Part shown: in pieces, positions 49,671 to 59,421 of the stretch
Layout: every line of letters begins with the position of its first letter
How positions within the stretch are numbered: the first letter of the stretch is position 1
Origin: Promethearchaeota archaeon
GTDB lineage: Archaea; Asgardarchaeota; Lokiarchaeia; Sigyniarchaeales; SOKP01
Direction: 5' to 3'
NCBI GenBank assembly: GCA_048938855.1
Contig: JBHLLT010000009.1
Location: forward strand, 1 to 64,000
DNA: 64,000 nt
The notes under the pieces: model-generated
What the model was told of the DNA's origin: nothing
Seen by the model: only the letters and a program-made list of their open reading frames with translations
Database searches by the model: none
Program-made: the position numbers and the translations under genes

Positions 49671-50492
49671 ATGAGGAAATCTATCCCAATCTTAATATGT
49701 TTATTAGGGATCTTTTTCTTTGTACCATTTATAAATTTCTCTAGAGCTGCCCCTCCAGATTACATTGGTGTTCAAGTTGGTGAAGAATATTCATGGACAT
49801 TAAATATAAATGCAAATACATTTGCACAATTTGCGACTGATATGGGTCAAACTGTTCCACCGGAACTCTCTATGTTTGCAACCATGGGGGGAATTCAAAT
49901 GAAAGGACAGATCGCTTGGATTAGTAATGAACTTACAAATGCATCTTATAATTATGTTATAGTCAATGTGTCATTCTCAATGTTGGTTCCGGGATACGGA
50001 TGGACGCCATATCCGGCTCCAGGAGAGTATCTCCCCGTTTTTGTTTTGAGTAATGAGACTTCTAATTATTTTAATAATACTATGAACGCAATGAATGATG
50101 TTACTTTAGAACCTCCTTTATATTATGCTTTCCCTTTTTTGATCGTTCCTTATAATCTTAATTGGACCTTAGCTGTCAATGGTTTATTGGACCTTATGAC
50201 CGGTTTTACAGGAGGAATGACTGGAATCACTCTAGAAACGCTAACACACGGATTTAAAATAACAGTACCAGAACAATTGGTAAATGGCTCTACTGTAAGA
50301 CAAACTACATATTCAGCTGAATGGAATGAAAAGGGAGTTTTTGGAGCAGGTTTAATAACATATGGAGGCGCTCCACTGATGTCTGTGAATATTCCTATCG
50401 GAGAAATTCCAGGTTATGAAATCGGTATTTTATTTGGTGTACTTGGAGTCAGTACAGTTGGTATTATCTATTATATAAAGAAAAGGAAATAG
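49671..50492 (+). CDS. Secreted/surface protein with Loki-CTERM-like C-terminal anchor
   Basis: Signal peptide, YIGVQVGEEYSW, N-x-S/T sequons, EIPGY + TM + KKRK. Confidence 0.75.
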   Translation: MRKSIPILICLLGIFFFVPFINFSRAAPPDYIGVQVGEEYSWTLNINANTFAQFATDMGQTVPPELSMFATMGGIQMKGQIAWISNELTNASYNYVIVNVSFSMLVPGYGWTPYPAPGEYLPVFVLSNETSNYFNNTMNAMNDVTLEPPLYYAFPFLIVPYNLNWTLAVNGLLDLMTGFTGGMTGITLETLTHGFKITVPEQLVNGSTVRQTTYSAEWNEKGVFGAGLITYGGAPLMSVNIPIGEIPGYEIGILFGVLGVSTVGIIYYIKKRK

Positions 50493-50560
50493 ACCCCTAA
50501 ATTAAATTTTTTTTTTTTATTATTTTGATTTAAATTAAATAATATACTAATCAGTATTAT

Positions 50561-50830
50561 ATGAACCTTAATGAATCAATTCTGTTTGTATTTTTTATAT
50601 TAATCTTGTTATGGATTATCAAGGCAGATTTTCTTTTCATAATTTTAGGAATTGCTGCATTTTTGTTTTTTCTAATAATTCTTTTCTCAGAAGATCCGTT
50701 AGAAATAACGTTTGCTATTTTAAATTTTTTATTCCTAAATCCCTTGGGATTATTAATAATTTTTATTCCATTGATTTTATATCTCATAAAAGAAGGATTG
50801 AAAAAGAGAAAAAATCAAAAAAGAGAATAA
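50561..50830 (+). CDS. Small hydrophobic membrane protein
   Basis: Three hydrophobic segments plus basic tail; fits the gap between flanking genes. Confidence 0.5.
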   Translation: MNLNESILFVFFILILLWIIKADFLFIILGIAAFLFFLIILFSEDPLEITFAILNFLFLNPLGLLIIFIPLILYLIKEGLKKRKNQKRE

Positions 50831-50836
50831 TTCAAT

Positions 50837-52489
50837 TTATTCAAGTTGATTTAGTTTTCTAATACCCAAATATAACATTAATGCTGCAATTATTCCAGAT
50901 ATTCCTAGATTAGATAATAAAATAAGAATTATACCAATTGAAGCAGCAATGTTAGCAGAAAGAATTGGCATTACAATAAAAAGAGATATCAATAGTGATA
51001 AAACTTGGACTATGAGAATCAAGTACATATTAAAGAATACATCCTTACCTCTTTCCTCAAATAAAGGTTTAAAACATTGAATTGCTATTGCTTCTAATAA
51101 AATTTCTACACAATATAACATAAATGTAAAGAAAAAAACTAAAATTAATATGATATCAATTTGAAATAAAAAAGAAAAAAATGTAGATAAGCCAATATCT
51201 AAAAATAAAATTAAGATGAACATGACATATGCATAAGAGAAAACTAATGAGTTAATTCCACGTGGAGATTTCTTATATATAAATAGTAATTCTTTTGATC
51301 TAATCAGAATTGATATTCCAATTAAAACGCTAAAAATTAAAGCACCTATCCAGGCAATTATCAACACTAATAAAAATTTGTGTTGTAGAATTTCTAAGAT
51401 TAAACTTATACCTAAAGGATTGTCTTCGAGAATTATTGTAGACTGAGATAAGGAAATAGCCAAAAAAACACCTATGAATCCAATAAAAACAGTACTATAA
51501 ATAAGCTTAGCGTAGTTTTCCTTTTTTCTGAGAAAATCTTTAAAATGAATAATTACTAGTCCCTTCCATTTGTTAGGAGTAATTTTAGCTATATAGTGAT
51601 AAAATTTCTTTTCCTTTTGAATAATTTTTGATTTTTTTTCAATAGTTCTTTCTAAATTGTAAAAAATATTAGCCCTTTTATAAGATATATAAAATAACAA
51701 TAGAGGAATAAAAATTGCAAGACCAACATTTAGCCAAATATTCAAGATATATGAAGATACCAAAGCTGGATTTATCAGATATAAAGTAATATTAGAATAC
51801 CAATAAGATGGAAAAAAAATCATCCAAACCTTTAAATTTGGAAAGCTTGATATAAACTCAAATAGAAAGTGGAAAATATAAAAAATTGAAATTACTATAA
51901 AAGATAATATTACAAATACCCAATTTTGTAGTTCCCTTACCCTTTTACTTTTATAGATCCTACTTTCAATCCAATTAGATAATATAGTCCCGAGCAATAG
52001 AGCAAATATAGAAAGAGTAAATGTAATAGCATAAAATCCAATATAGTGAAGGAATCCCATATTAGGGTTTATTTGTCTTAATAAACTTGTACCTAATGGC
52101 CCAATTCCTAATAAAAAGAGAAAGTAAAATGGTAATTGACCAATAAATTCACCTGTGAAAATATCTCCTGGTTTTATAGGAGAAGCAAGGATTATATCTT
52201 TAATTCCGATTTCCATTCTTCTATATAATAGGAATAAAGGATAGATTGTATACATAACAAATAACATCATAAAAGAATATTCTAAGATAAGAGTTATCAG
52301 AGCTTCAAATTGCTCAGTGAAAACCTTTAAAATTTCAGGTAATATCTCATCGAAAATTACAGGCCCCAAAAAAGCAGCCCATAGTAATAATAATGTATAA
52401 ATTATAATGAAAAAAAGTCTGCGATTTTTTCTCACTCTAAATGTTTTAAGGCGAATTTCTTTTTTTGCAATGATTTTCCAAAGAGACAA
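50837..52489 (-). CDS. Polytopic membrane protein (ABC-exporter permease-like, duplicated halves)
   Basis: IAKKEIRL / IIHFKDFLR repeats, ILASPIKP and YKKSPRG loops, about 12 TM. Confidence 0.65.
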   Translation of the reverse strand: MSLWKIIAKKEIRLKTFRVRKNRRLFFIIIYTLLLLWAAFLGPVIFDEILPEILKVFTEQFEALITLILEYSFMMLFVMYTIYPLFLLYRRMEIGIKDIILASPIKPGDIFTGEFIGQLPFYFLFLLGIGPLGTSLLRQINPNMGFLHYIGFYAITFTLSIFALLLGTILSNWIESRIYKSKRVRELQNWVFVILSFIVISIFYIFHFLFEFISSFPNLKVWMIFFPSYWYSNITLYLINPALVSSYILNIWLNVGLAIFIPLLLFYISYKRANIFYNLERTIEKKSKIIQKEKKFYHYIAKITPNKWKGLVIIHFKDFLRKKENYAKLIYSTVFIGFIGVFLAISLSQSTIILEDNPLGISLILEILQHKFLLVLIIAWIGALIFSVLIGISILIRSKELLFIYKKSPRGINSLVFSYAYVMFILILFLDIGLSTFFSFLFQIDIILILVFFFTFMLYCVEILLEAIAIQCFKPLFEERGKDVFFNMYLILIVQVLSLLISLFIVMPILSANIAASIGIILILLSNLGISGIIAALMLYLGIRKLNQLE

Positions 52490-52895
52490 TTAATTTATTC
52501 TCGTTTGCTTTAATTCTCTTCTATTTTAAAATTAATATTGATTAAGAATAAATTGTAATAAATAAATTTGATTAACATATTAGTTCTATAAATTTACTTA
52601 TTTTTAAACTATTGGTGTTATCTGAGTGAAGAATTATTGGTTTATTAATATAAATAATCTTCATCTCAAAATTAACTTCTATCTCTGAAAATTTAAACAT
52701 TTAATTAGATTGATAACTAAATTTTTAAAATAAAATTGTCTAATCTAGTCACAACTAAATATTTATATTATGTATACTTTCCCTATCTTAATTAAAGATT
52801 AACAAATTTTAATTAAAATACAACCTTAAAATATTAACAAAAGAAATGGCTCAAAATAATATCTCTGAAAAAGAAGATTCTGAGGAGGATGGTAT

Positions 52896-53450
52896 ATGGA
52901 GATTCAAGACTCTAAAGGTAAAATTATTAAAGAAACGTTCCCCTCAGAACTCATATCTATTATTGGAGATATCCTAGCAGGGATCCTACTCTCTCTTTTA
53001 ATTTTACCATTTCATAGTTTTCCTATTTTAATCTTAATGGTTCCAGCGCTTCTCTCTTTGAGAGGAAATCTGAGTGGTCCATTCATAGCCAGAACTTCTC
53101 GCGATTTAATTGTAGGAGACTTTAGTAAAAGAACTTGGATTGAAAATGTACTAGCTACTTATTCATTATCAATAATAACAGCAATCTTTATAGGGCTCTT
53201 TTCTATAATTTTAAATTTTATATTCTTTAGACTGTTCATACTTCCAATTGTATATTTTATTCTAATTCCAATGATATCCATTGTTTTAGCACTATTAATT
53301 TCTATTCCTTGCTCAACTGGACTAAATTATTTAGCTTTCAAGAGAGGCTTGAACCCAAATAATATTGTAAATCCTGTTATGACAGCTATTGATGATTTTT
53401 CTACAACATTTTGTTTCCTTTTAACAATAATTATGTTGGGGGTGCCGTAA
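52896..53450 (+). CDS. MgtE/SLC41-type divalent cation transporter membrane domain, subunit 1
   Basis: KIIKET, VPALLSLRGN, GLNPNNIVNPVMTAIDD; GAGGAGG RBS. Confidence 0.85.
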   Translation: MEIQDSKGKIIKETFPSELISIIGDILAGILLSLLILPFHSFPILILMVPALLSLRGNLSGPFIARTSRDLIVGDFSKRTWIENVLATYSLSIITAIFIGLFSIILNFIFFRLFILPIVYFILIPMISIVLALLISIPCSTGLNYLAFKRGLNPNNIVNPVMTAIDDFSTTFCFLLTIIMLGVP

Positions 53451-54002
53451 ATTAAATATTATTTTAAAATTTTCAAAGAGTCAATAATTATTGTGATTAT
53501 TTCTTCAATTGCAGGATTAATCTCAGGTACAGTCCTTTCATTTAGTAGAGATCTATTATATACCATTCCATTGATGCTTTTAATAATTCCTGCATTAAAT
53601 TCATTAATAGGTGATATGGCAACAGTTTTGGTTTCAAGATTAACTACACATCTATATATCGGAACCATACCTCCAAAAATTCAGAAATCGAAAAGACTAC
53701 TAGAAGATTTTTATGGTTTAATTATAACTCTTTTGTTGAGTCTGGCAGCTCTGCTAGTAATAGGTTATGTAGTTGGTATTATCTCTGGTATTAGCATTAT
53801 CCATCCATTATTAATGATTTTTATTATTACATTTACTATTTTATTAATCTTTTTTATTATGTTTGTTACAATGTTTATAGGTGCTATATTCTTATTTAAA
53901 CGAGGAAAAGATCCTAATAATTTTTTAATTCCATTTGTTACCTCCTTATCTGATTTTCTTACGCCATTTTTCTTAATTCTATTTATAATAATATTTATAT
54001 AA
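53451..54002 (+). CDS. MgtE/SLC41-type membrane domain, subunit 2 (probable ATT start directly after the previous TAA)
   Basis: KIFKES lies upstream of the ORF-track GTG; IPALNSLIGD, GKDPNNFLIPFVTSLSD. Confidence 0.75.
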   Translation: MKYYFKIFKESIIIVIISSIAGLISGTVLSFSRDLLYTIPLMLLIIPALNSLIGDMATVLVSRLTTHLYIGTIPPKIQKSKRLLEDFYGLIITLLLSLAALLVIGYVVGIISGISIIHPLLMIFIITFTILLIFFIMFVTMFIGAIFLFKRGKDPNNFLIPFVTSLSDFLTPFFLILFIIIFI

Positions 54003-54021
54003 AATCATAATTATACCAAAA

Positions 54022-55293
54022 GTGAGTGAAAAAAACAATATGACTAAGCTTAGTAAAAAATTTAAATATAAGCCACTTTCTCTTAAAGATATAATCCGTG
54101 AAATGAAGCAAACTATTGATTTAATGATAGATCTGGCTTATAGCGCTATTAAATTTGGAATTAAGGAACTTGCTGATGAAGCATATAAAATGGAACAAAG
54201 AGTTCATGAACTTACTTTTTTACTCAATTTTCAAATTATCCAAGCACATCCCATAGGATTAGATGAAGCAAAAGAGCTAGAACCCATAGTAGTTATGGGA
54301 TATGCAATTGATAAAATTTCTGATGCTCTATCTGACATTGCAAGAGTAGTGTACATTAATACTGATATATCTTATTTTAGTCAGTTATTTAGTGATATTA
54401 GCTATGTACCCGAACCAATAGTAAAAATAACTGTAAGCAAAGGCTGTGAGTTTATTGGACAAAATAGAAAAGAGATCCATTTCAGATCCAAACATGGCGT
54501 TGATTTAATAGCAATACGGAGAGGAGATAAATGGCTTTTTGACAGAGATGAAGAGGTATTAAAAGATGATATATTAATTGTTAAGGGGGAGATACAACCG
54601 ATTATAGATTTAAAAAAAATGAGTATGGATTTAGAGCCTTTTTCCTTTGATATCGAAGAAAAGGAGAAAGAAGACCTACTCGATCTTGAAAATCCCGAAA
54701 TTTGTGAAAAGGTGGAGGAAATTCAGAGAAATTATGTTTTAGTAACAGACATATCAGAGACTATGATTGAACTAGCATTAGCAGCTTTATTTTTTAATAA
54801 TGAAGAAGTTGCTGAAGATGTATTAGAGATGGAGGAACTTATGGATGGGTTAAATATAGCTTTTGAAAAAGATCTCCTTGATTTAGCAAAACTAGTAGAA
54901 GCTCCTCGAGATCTTACGGGTATTATGAGAATTGTGTTCAGTTGTGAACTTATAGCTGACTCTGCAGCTCATATTGCTGAAATAATTATTAAAGGATTTG
55001 AGCCACATAGAATATTACAACAAGCAATTCGAGAGACTGCAGAAATAGTAGTTCGAGAAACATTATCCGAAGATTCTTATTTTAAAGATAAAACATATAA
55101 GGAATTGCAAGATAAACGATACAAGAGAGGATTTCACATAATCGCTTTGAAACGAAAAGACAAATGGATATATCGATTCAAAGATGATTTTATTTTTGAA
55201 GAAAATGATCTCCTTATAGGATTGGGACCTCTAGAAACAGTTATGCAATGGAGGCGATGTGTAAATCCCGAAAAATATAAAGATGAATCTTAA
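54022..55293 (+). CDS. PhoU + TrkA-C (RCK-C) tandem-domain protein
   Basis: MIDLAYSA...E / SETMIELALAAL (PhoU) each followed by GVDLIAIRRG / GFHIIALKR (TrkA-C). Confidence 0.85.
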   Translation: MSEKNNMTKLSKKFKYKPLSLKDIIREMKQTIDLMIDLAYSAIKFGIKELADEAYKMEQRVHELTFLLNFQIIQAHPIGLDEAKELEPIVVMGYAIDKISDALSDIARVVYINTDISYFSQLFSDISYVPEPIVKITVSKGCEFIGQNRKEIHFRSKHGVDLIAIRRGDKWLFDRDEEVLKDDILIVKGEIQPIIDLKKMSMDLEPFSFDIEEKEKEDLLDLENPEICEKVEEIQRNYVLVTDISETMIELALAALFFNNEEVAEDVLEMEELMDGLNIAFEKDLLDLAKLVEAPRDLTGIMRIVFSCELIADSAAHIAEIIIKGFEPHRILQQAIRETAEIVVRETLSEDSYFKDKTYKELQDKRYKRGFHIIALKRKDKWIYRFKDDFIFEENDLLIGLGPLETVMQWRRCVNPEKYKDES

Positions 55294-55307
55294 CTGGAGA
55301 GTTTGAA

Positions 55308-55703
55308 TTGAATGATTTATTAGAAGTTAGACATATTTCTGAGAAAAAAGGTAGAGGGGTATTTGCGAAAATTGACATTCAAAAAGATACTATTATCGAC
55401 ATTGCCTATGTTGTCCCAATTCCAAATAAAGATTATAATAAGATTAGAAAAACAATTTTATATAATTATTGTTATATTTGGGAAGATCCTGAACATATGC
55501 CTGCATTTAGAAATGCTATAACTTTAAGTATAAGTCAATTTATCAATCATTCATTTGAACCAAATGTTAAATATCTTTATGATTATGAGAATAAAGCAAT
55601 TGAATTTTCAGCTATAAGAGATATTACTAAAGGCGAAGAAATCTTAGTAAATTATAATGGACTCGTAGAAGATCAAAGTCCTATGTGGTTTGAAGTAGAA
55701 TAA
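55308..55703 (+). CDS. Stand-alone SET-domain protein-lysine methyltransferase, paralog A
   Basis: KGRGVFAK, FINHSFEPN, RDITKGEEILVNY. Confidence 0.93.
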   Translation: MNDLLEVRHISEKKGRGVFAKIDIQKDTIIDIAYVVPIPNKDYNKIRKTILYNYCYIWEDPEHMPAFRNAITLSISQFINHSFEPNVKYLYDYENKAIEFSAIRDITKGEEILVNYNGLVEDQSPMWFEVE

Positions 55704-55809
55704 TAAATTCTTGAATCTTAAATACTATAGATTACTTTTCTTTATAGAAAAAATTAATTAAAATACATATTTAATTTCAGAATCGATAAGTACTCGATCA
55801 GTTAATTCA

Positions 55810-56205
55810 ATGGATAATCTAATAGAAGTAAGATTTATCTCAGAACATAAAGGAAGAGGAGTTTTTGCAAAAATTGATATAAAAAAAGGAAAAATAATTG
55901 ATATAGCTCACATAATCCAAATTTCTGACCATGATTGGGATTTACTCGAAGATACAGTCTTAGCAAATTATTCTTTTGAATGGGACGATCCTAAAGATAA
56001 AGGAGAATATGACTCTGCAATCTCACTAAGTATTAGTCAGTTCATAAATCATTCTTATAACCCTAATGTTAAGTATCGTTATAATTATAGAGAAAAAACA
56101 ATTGAATATATTTCAATTCGAGATATAACTAAAGGGGAGGAAATTACTGTAAATTACAATGGAAGCCCTTTTGATGAATCTCCCGTATGGTTTAAGATAG
56201 AATAA
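55810..56205 (+). CDS. Stand-alone SET-domain protein, paralog B
   Basis: KGRGVFAK, FINHSYNPN, RDITKGEEITVNY. Confidence 0.93.
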   Translation: MDNLIEVRFISEHKGRGVFAKIDIKKGKIIDIAHIIQISDHDWDLLEDTVLANYSFEWDDPKDKGEYDSAISLSISQFINHSYNPNVKYRYNYREKTIEYISIRDITKGEEITVNYNGSPFDESPVWFKIE

Positions 56206-56206
56206 T

Positions 56207-57076
56207 TCACTTTTTCCTCAAGGATTTTAGTATTTTTAGGTTCATTATATCTTCTTTCATATCTTTACCTTTCGGCGTTTCTAAAATCCCTGGCATATCC
56301 TTAAACCGATCATCATTAATAAAAAAACCAAATGCTTTTTTTCCTATTTTTCCTTGGTCAATATGAGTATGTCTATCTACTCTCGACCCACACTCTTTAT
56401 CTGTATCATTTAAATGGAAAGCGAACAGGTATTTTAAACCAACAATATCATCAAATTCCCTCCACATTTCTTCATATCCTTTTTTAGTTGTAAAATCATA
56501 TCCAGCTGCAAAAGAATGAGCTGTATCAAAACAGATTCCAATTCGACTTTTGTTTTGTATTTTATCTATTATAGTTTTAAAATGATGGAACTTATTTCCT
56601 AATCCTTTCCCTTGTCCTGCAGTGGTTTCAAGTAATATAACTGCCTTTGATGATTTTGTAGCTTCCATTAATTTATTCAAATAATCTGCAATTTGAGTAA
56701 ATGCCTCTAATTTTGTGATTTCATTCTTATCGCTTACTGGGATTACTCCAGGGTGCATATTTTCATATTCAATTTGTAATTGGTCTACTTTGGTAAGCTC
56801 ATCTAGCATAGCATCATATGATTTCTCTAACTTTTCTTTATCTAAGCTCGCTAAATTTACCAGATAACTGTTATGGGAGATTACAGGCCAAATTTCATAT
56901 TTTAGTTCTTCTTTTTTATTTATAAAATTATCAATTTCTTCTTGTTTTAAAGGTCCAGAAGACCAACCTCGGACATTTCGGACAAAAACTTGAATTGCTT
57001 CACATCCTAAATCTCTAGCGCTCTCAAACGCTAAATATTTGCCACCAGAAACACTCATATGAGCTCCGATTCTCAA
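56207..57076 (-). CDS. nfo: Endonuclease IV
   Basis: IGAHMS, HNSYLVNL, HPG, LETTAGQG, CFDTAH, HLND, DRH, ILETP. Confidence 0.95.
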   Translation of the reverse strand: MRIGAHMSVSGGKYLAFESARDLGCEAIQVFVRNVRGWSSGPLKQEEIDNFINKKEELKYEIWPVISHNSYLVNLASLDKEKLEKSYDAMLDELTKVDQLQIEYENMHPGVIPVSDKNEITKLEAFTQIADYLNKLMEATKSSKAVILLETTAGQGKGLGNKFHHFKTIIDKIQNKSRIGICFDTAHSFAAGYDFTTKKGYEEMWREFDDIVGLKYLFAFHLNDTDKECGSRVDRHTHIDQGKIGKKAFGFFINDDRFKDMPGILETPKGKDMKEDIMNLKILKSLRKK

Positions 57077-57217
57077 TGAAATCTCCTAAATAATTTATAG
57101 TAAAACATTATATATAAAAATGAAAAAAAAAAGAATACTTTATCCATTATAAAGTAAATATTTCAAGTTTTAAAAAAAAATTTGAAATTTCATAATTAAA
57201 AATTAAAAGGTTTTACT

Positions 57218-57793
57218 TTAGATTTCTTTTTGCAACAGTTTAGTTGTCTTTAGAATATTAAATCCAAGAATTTCTGCATGTTTTAACCAGATCTCTTGCT
57301 TTAAAACATCACCTGGCTTACTAGCTACAGCTTTTACTCCACATAATTCCCCAGGGACACAAATAATTCCACACGAAAGCATCCATGCGTAAATAGCATT
57401 AATTGCTAATGTTTGACCTCCTGATGTTCCACCACCAACCGCAATAGCTCCACCTACTTTCCCTTCTAAAGGTTTTTCAGCATCTACTGCGTAATGTCTA
57501 TTTAGTAAAGTAAGCAATTGGGCACTTATATTTAGGAAATGAACAGGACTCGAGATAATAATCGCATTACACCAGCGAAATGCATCGTAAATCCCTTGCA
57601 TATCATCATTAATAATGCATGTACCCGTTTCTCGACATGAATTACATGCCTCACACGGTTTGATTTTTAATTCACTTAAAAGATATGTTTTGATTTTCCA
57701 TCCGTCATTTTCAAAAGGTGTGAGAGCATATCTTAAAAGAAGTTCACTATTCCCTTTCTTTCTTGGTGTTCCTGATATTCCAATAACATTCAT
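57218..57793 (-). CDS. Iron-sulfur flavoprotein / NADPH-dependent FMN reductase family
   Basis: GISGTPRKKGNS, CEACNSC....C...DDM, SSPVHF, GGQ. Confidence 0.88.
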   Translation of the reverse strand: MNVIGISGTPRKKGNSELLLRYALTPFENDGWKIKTYLLSELKIKPCEACNSCRETGTCIINDDMQGIYDAFRWCNAIIISSPVHFLNISAQLLTLLNRHYAVDAEKPLEGKVGGAIAVGGGTSGGQTLAINAIYAWMLSCGIICVPGELCGVKAVASKPGDVLKQEIWLKHAEILGFNILKTTKLLQKEI

Positions 57794-57886
57794 ACTTTTT
57801 TTACTTTCTTTTCAGCTCATGGCTATATTATATTTCTATCATTAACAAAAGAGATCTTATCTAGTTTGAGTCAAAGTTCCTTTATA

Positions 57887-57970
57887 TTAACAACATGAAC
57901 TTTTAGATTCATTATCTTCTTTTTCTTCCTTTGTACTTTTTGCACAACAATCTGAATCGTTATCTTCCAT
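57887..57970 (-). CDS. 27-aa acidic peptide with two Cys-Cys motifs (MEDNDSDCCAKSTKEEKEDNESKSSCC), not in ORF track
   Basis: ATG preceded by AGAGGTA RBS; lies between the operator/TATA and the flavoprotein gene. Confidence 0.6.
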   Translation of the reverse strand: MEDNDSDCCAKSTKEEKEDNESKSSCC

Positions 57971-58020
57971 TTTATTTACCTCTATTTTAGAAATTTTTTT
58001 TTATGATTATTAGTTGTTTG

Positions 58021-58040
58021 ATAGTTAGGAACCTAACTAT
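58021..58040. promoter_or_regulatory. Perfect palindromic operator ATAGTTAGG-AA-CCTAACTAT (putative MarR site)
   Basis: 9-bp arms; abuts a minus-strand TTTAAATA box; degenerate copies at 58059-58078 and 58602-58636. Confidence 0.7.
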
Positions 58041-58127
58041 TTAAAGGTTTCGTCCCTAATTATTATGATCCTAACTATTAAGAAAAATCGAATTTGAAAT
58101 AAAACTACCAGATTCTAAAAAAAATTA

Positions 58128-58589
58128 TTACAATCTTAGAGAATTTAACAATTTCTGTAATAGTTCGGCTAACTTCTCTATTTCATCTTGATTAATTTCT
58201 GGACAGCAACCATTTACTATTGAGTTTATTGGAGGGGTAGTATTTTTCAATTTTTTGCCTTTTTCTGTAAGTTTAACGAGAGTACTTCTTCTATCTGCTG
58301 GATTTTTTTCTCGTTTTACTAATTTATGTTCTTCCATAGTATCAACAACCCCAGTGATTGTGGATCTTGTGCAATCACATGAATCTGCTAACTCTTTAAA
58401 TTGCTTTCCATTATTCCTCCATAATTCTCTCAAGATTAAATGCTGAGTAGGAGTTAAATTTAGTTCTTTAATATTTTTGCGTTGTAGTTTTTCATATTTC
58501 TTATTTATCTTGCTAATTAGTTCAAAAACATCTGCAGTCTTTTCAGGACAACATTGGGAATTGTTGCTGTTCTCAGAATTTTCTTTCAT
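58128..58589 (-). CDS. MarR-family transcriptional regulator, Cys-rich
   Basis: LTPTQHLILREL, ELA....TRSTITGVVDTME, DRRSTLVKLTEKG; CC at both ends and CDC in the HTH. Confidence 0.92.
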   Translation of the reverse strand: MKENSENSNNSQCCPEKTADVFELISKINKKYEKLQRKNIKELNLTPTQHLILRELWRNNGKQFKELADSCDCTRSTITGVVDTMEEHKLVKREKNPADRRSTLVKLTEKGKKLKNTTPPINSIVNGCCPEINQDEIEKLAELLQKLLNSLRL

Positions 58590-58752
58590 TTTAACAACTT
58601 TATTATTAGGTACTTAATAGTTAATACCCTTATTAAAGATATGGTTATAGTGCTATATTAAGTTTTCAATCCATACATTGAAGAATCTTTAGAAAATATT
58701 TTATATATTTTGATGTCTTCTTTATTGAGTGATTATTATTAATTAATCCAAA

Positions 58753-59418
58753 TTGAAATATCAATTCAAAGCTATTATGAGTGAACTGCCTCAAGTTCAA
58801 AAATTACATGAAGAACAAATTGAAGAAGCAAGTAGAGTACTTGGTCGAGCTTTTCAAGATGATCCCTTATTTGCTTACTGCATTCCAGATCCTACTGAAA
58901 GAAAGAAAAAATGTGCTATTCATTGCAAATGGCTTATTTTACTTGGGTTTTTGACTGGTGAAGTATATTCTTCATCCAATGATATTGAAGGTGTTGCTAT
59001 TTGGCATCCATATGATATAAAAGAAAAAAATGTAGAAGAACAACCTAAGGAACTCTTGATAAAATTGCGAAAAGTGAGAAAAGAACTATTCTCTGATGCT
59101 TTATACTTAGAAAGAGTAACTAATTTTGAAGAAATAGCAAATTCTTTTCAAAAAGAATGTGTGGATTTTCCTCATTGGTATCTAACTATGGTGGGAGTAG
59201 ACTCTAATCATCAAGGTAATGGATACGGCAGTAAGTTAATAGAAATTAGATTAAATAAATTTGATAATAATAACTTACCGTGCTACTTACATACAGAAAA
59301 CGAAAAAAATATTAAATTTTATGAACAATTTGGATTTGAACTTATTGGAAAAATCAAAATCCCTGATTCAAATGTTGTTTTTCACCCAATGCTCCGAAAT
59401 AAGAAAAAAGAAAATTAA
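58753..59418 (+). CDS. GNAT-family N-acetyltransferase (start likely 58777)
   Basis: RAFQDDP, HWYLTMVGVD..HQGNGYGSKL, YLHTEN..NIKFYEQFGF. Confidence 0.9.
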   Translation: MKYQFKAIMSELPQVQKLHEEQIEEASRVLGRAFQDDPLFAYCIPDPTERKKKCAIHCKWLILLGFLTGEVYSSSNDIEGVAIWHPYDIKEKNVEEQPKELLIKLRKVRKELFSDALYLERVTNFEEIANSFQKECVDFPHWYLTMVGVDSNHQGNGYGSKLIEIRLNKFDNNNLPCYLHTENEKNIKFYEQFGFELIGKIKIPDSNVVFHPMLRNKKKEN

Positions 59419-59421
59419 TAA

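Noticed and set aside
50557-50862. Alternative ORFs 50557..50787(-) and 50611..50862(+)
   Set aside because: Overlap the more plausible hydrophobic 50561..50830 ORF; compositions look like shadow frames
52846-52977. 43-codon ORF overlapping the start of the first MgtE gene (possible leader peptide)
   Set aside because: No RBS or recognisable motif; its GAGGAGG is simply the RBS of the MgtE gene
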